Source: a bacterium (GTDB lineage Bacteria > Patescibacteriota > Patescibacteriia > JACQRZ01). From it: a stretch of DNA of 44,477 bases. Made by a program: the position numbers and the translations under genes. Position 1 is the stretch's first letter; the number at the start of each line of letters is the position of its first letter. The stretch lies in assembly GCA_030688365.1 (NCBI GenBank), contig JAUYIE010000012.1, positions 1 through 44,477 on the forward strand, written 5' to 3'. Positions 42,582 to 44,477 of this stretch are shown here, piece after piece. The notes beneath the pieces are model-generated. The model searched no databases. It saw only the letters and a list, made by a program, of their open reading frames with translations, and was not told the DNA's origin.

Positions 42582-44477
<1,896 letters not shown>

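Overview
Visibly AT-rich bacterial chromosome segment whose content points to a reduced-genome Candidate Phyla Radiation (Patescibacteria)-type organism. This lineage call is an inference from the features below, not a database hit. The most striking content is RNA-level. (1) The 16S rRNA gene is 4288 bp because three large insertions interrupt universally conserved blocks. Each insertion carries its own LAGLIDADG homing-endonuclease ORF. Two show clear group I intron hallmarks; the third does not. (2) A tRNA-Phe(GAA) gene is interrupted in the anticodon loop by a 252-nt group I intron with a textbook P1 helix and an Azoarcus-like core. (3) The 16S and 23S genes are unlinked. The 16S has its own terminator, and the 23S starts about 21.7 kb downstream behind its own consensus promoter and a tRNA-Leu. 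(4) A perfect 120-bp GC-rich inverted repeat brackets a three-gene cassette. Its right copy continues into a roughly 250-nt highly structured GC-rich leader in front of an unusual operon: CphA-like ATP-grasp, membrane methyltransferase, alpha/beta hydrolase, membrane-anchored MurF-like ligase lacking the usual N-domain, and Ddl. The rest is housekeeping (rarA, short SMC, rpsP, KH protein, trmD, polA, folD, PolX, rml-type dTDP-sugar genes, Bcp, an NRAMP-family transporter, NUDIX), seven tRNAs, and several decayed elements. The decayed elements are two toxin-antitoxin loci with inactivated toxins, a class IV aminotransferase remnant and a free-standing LAGLIDADG remnant. There are also several orphan ORFs. 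No CRISPR array, transposase or integrase was recognised.
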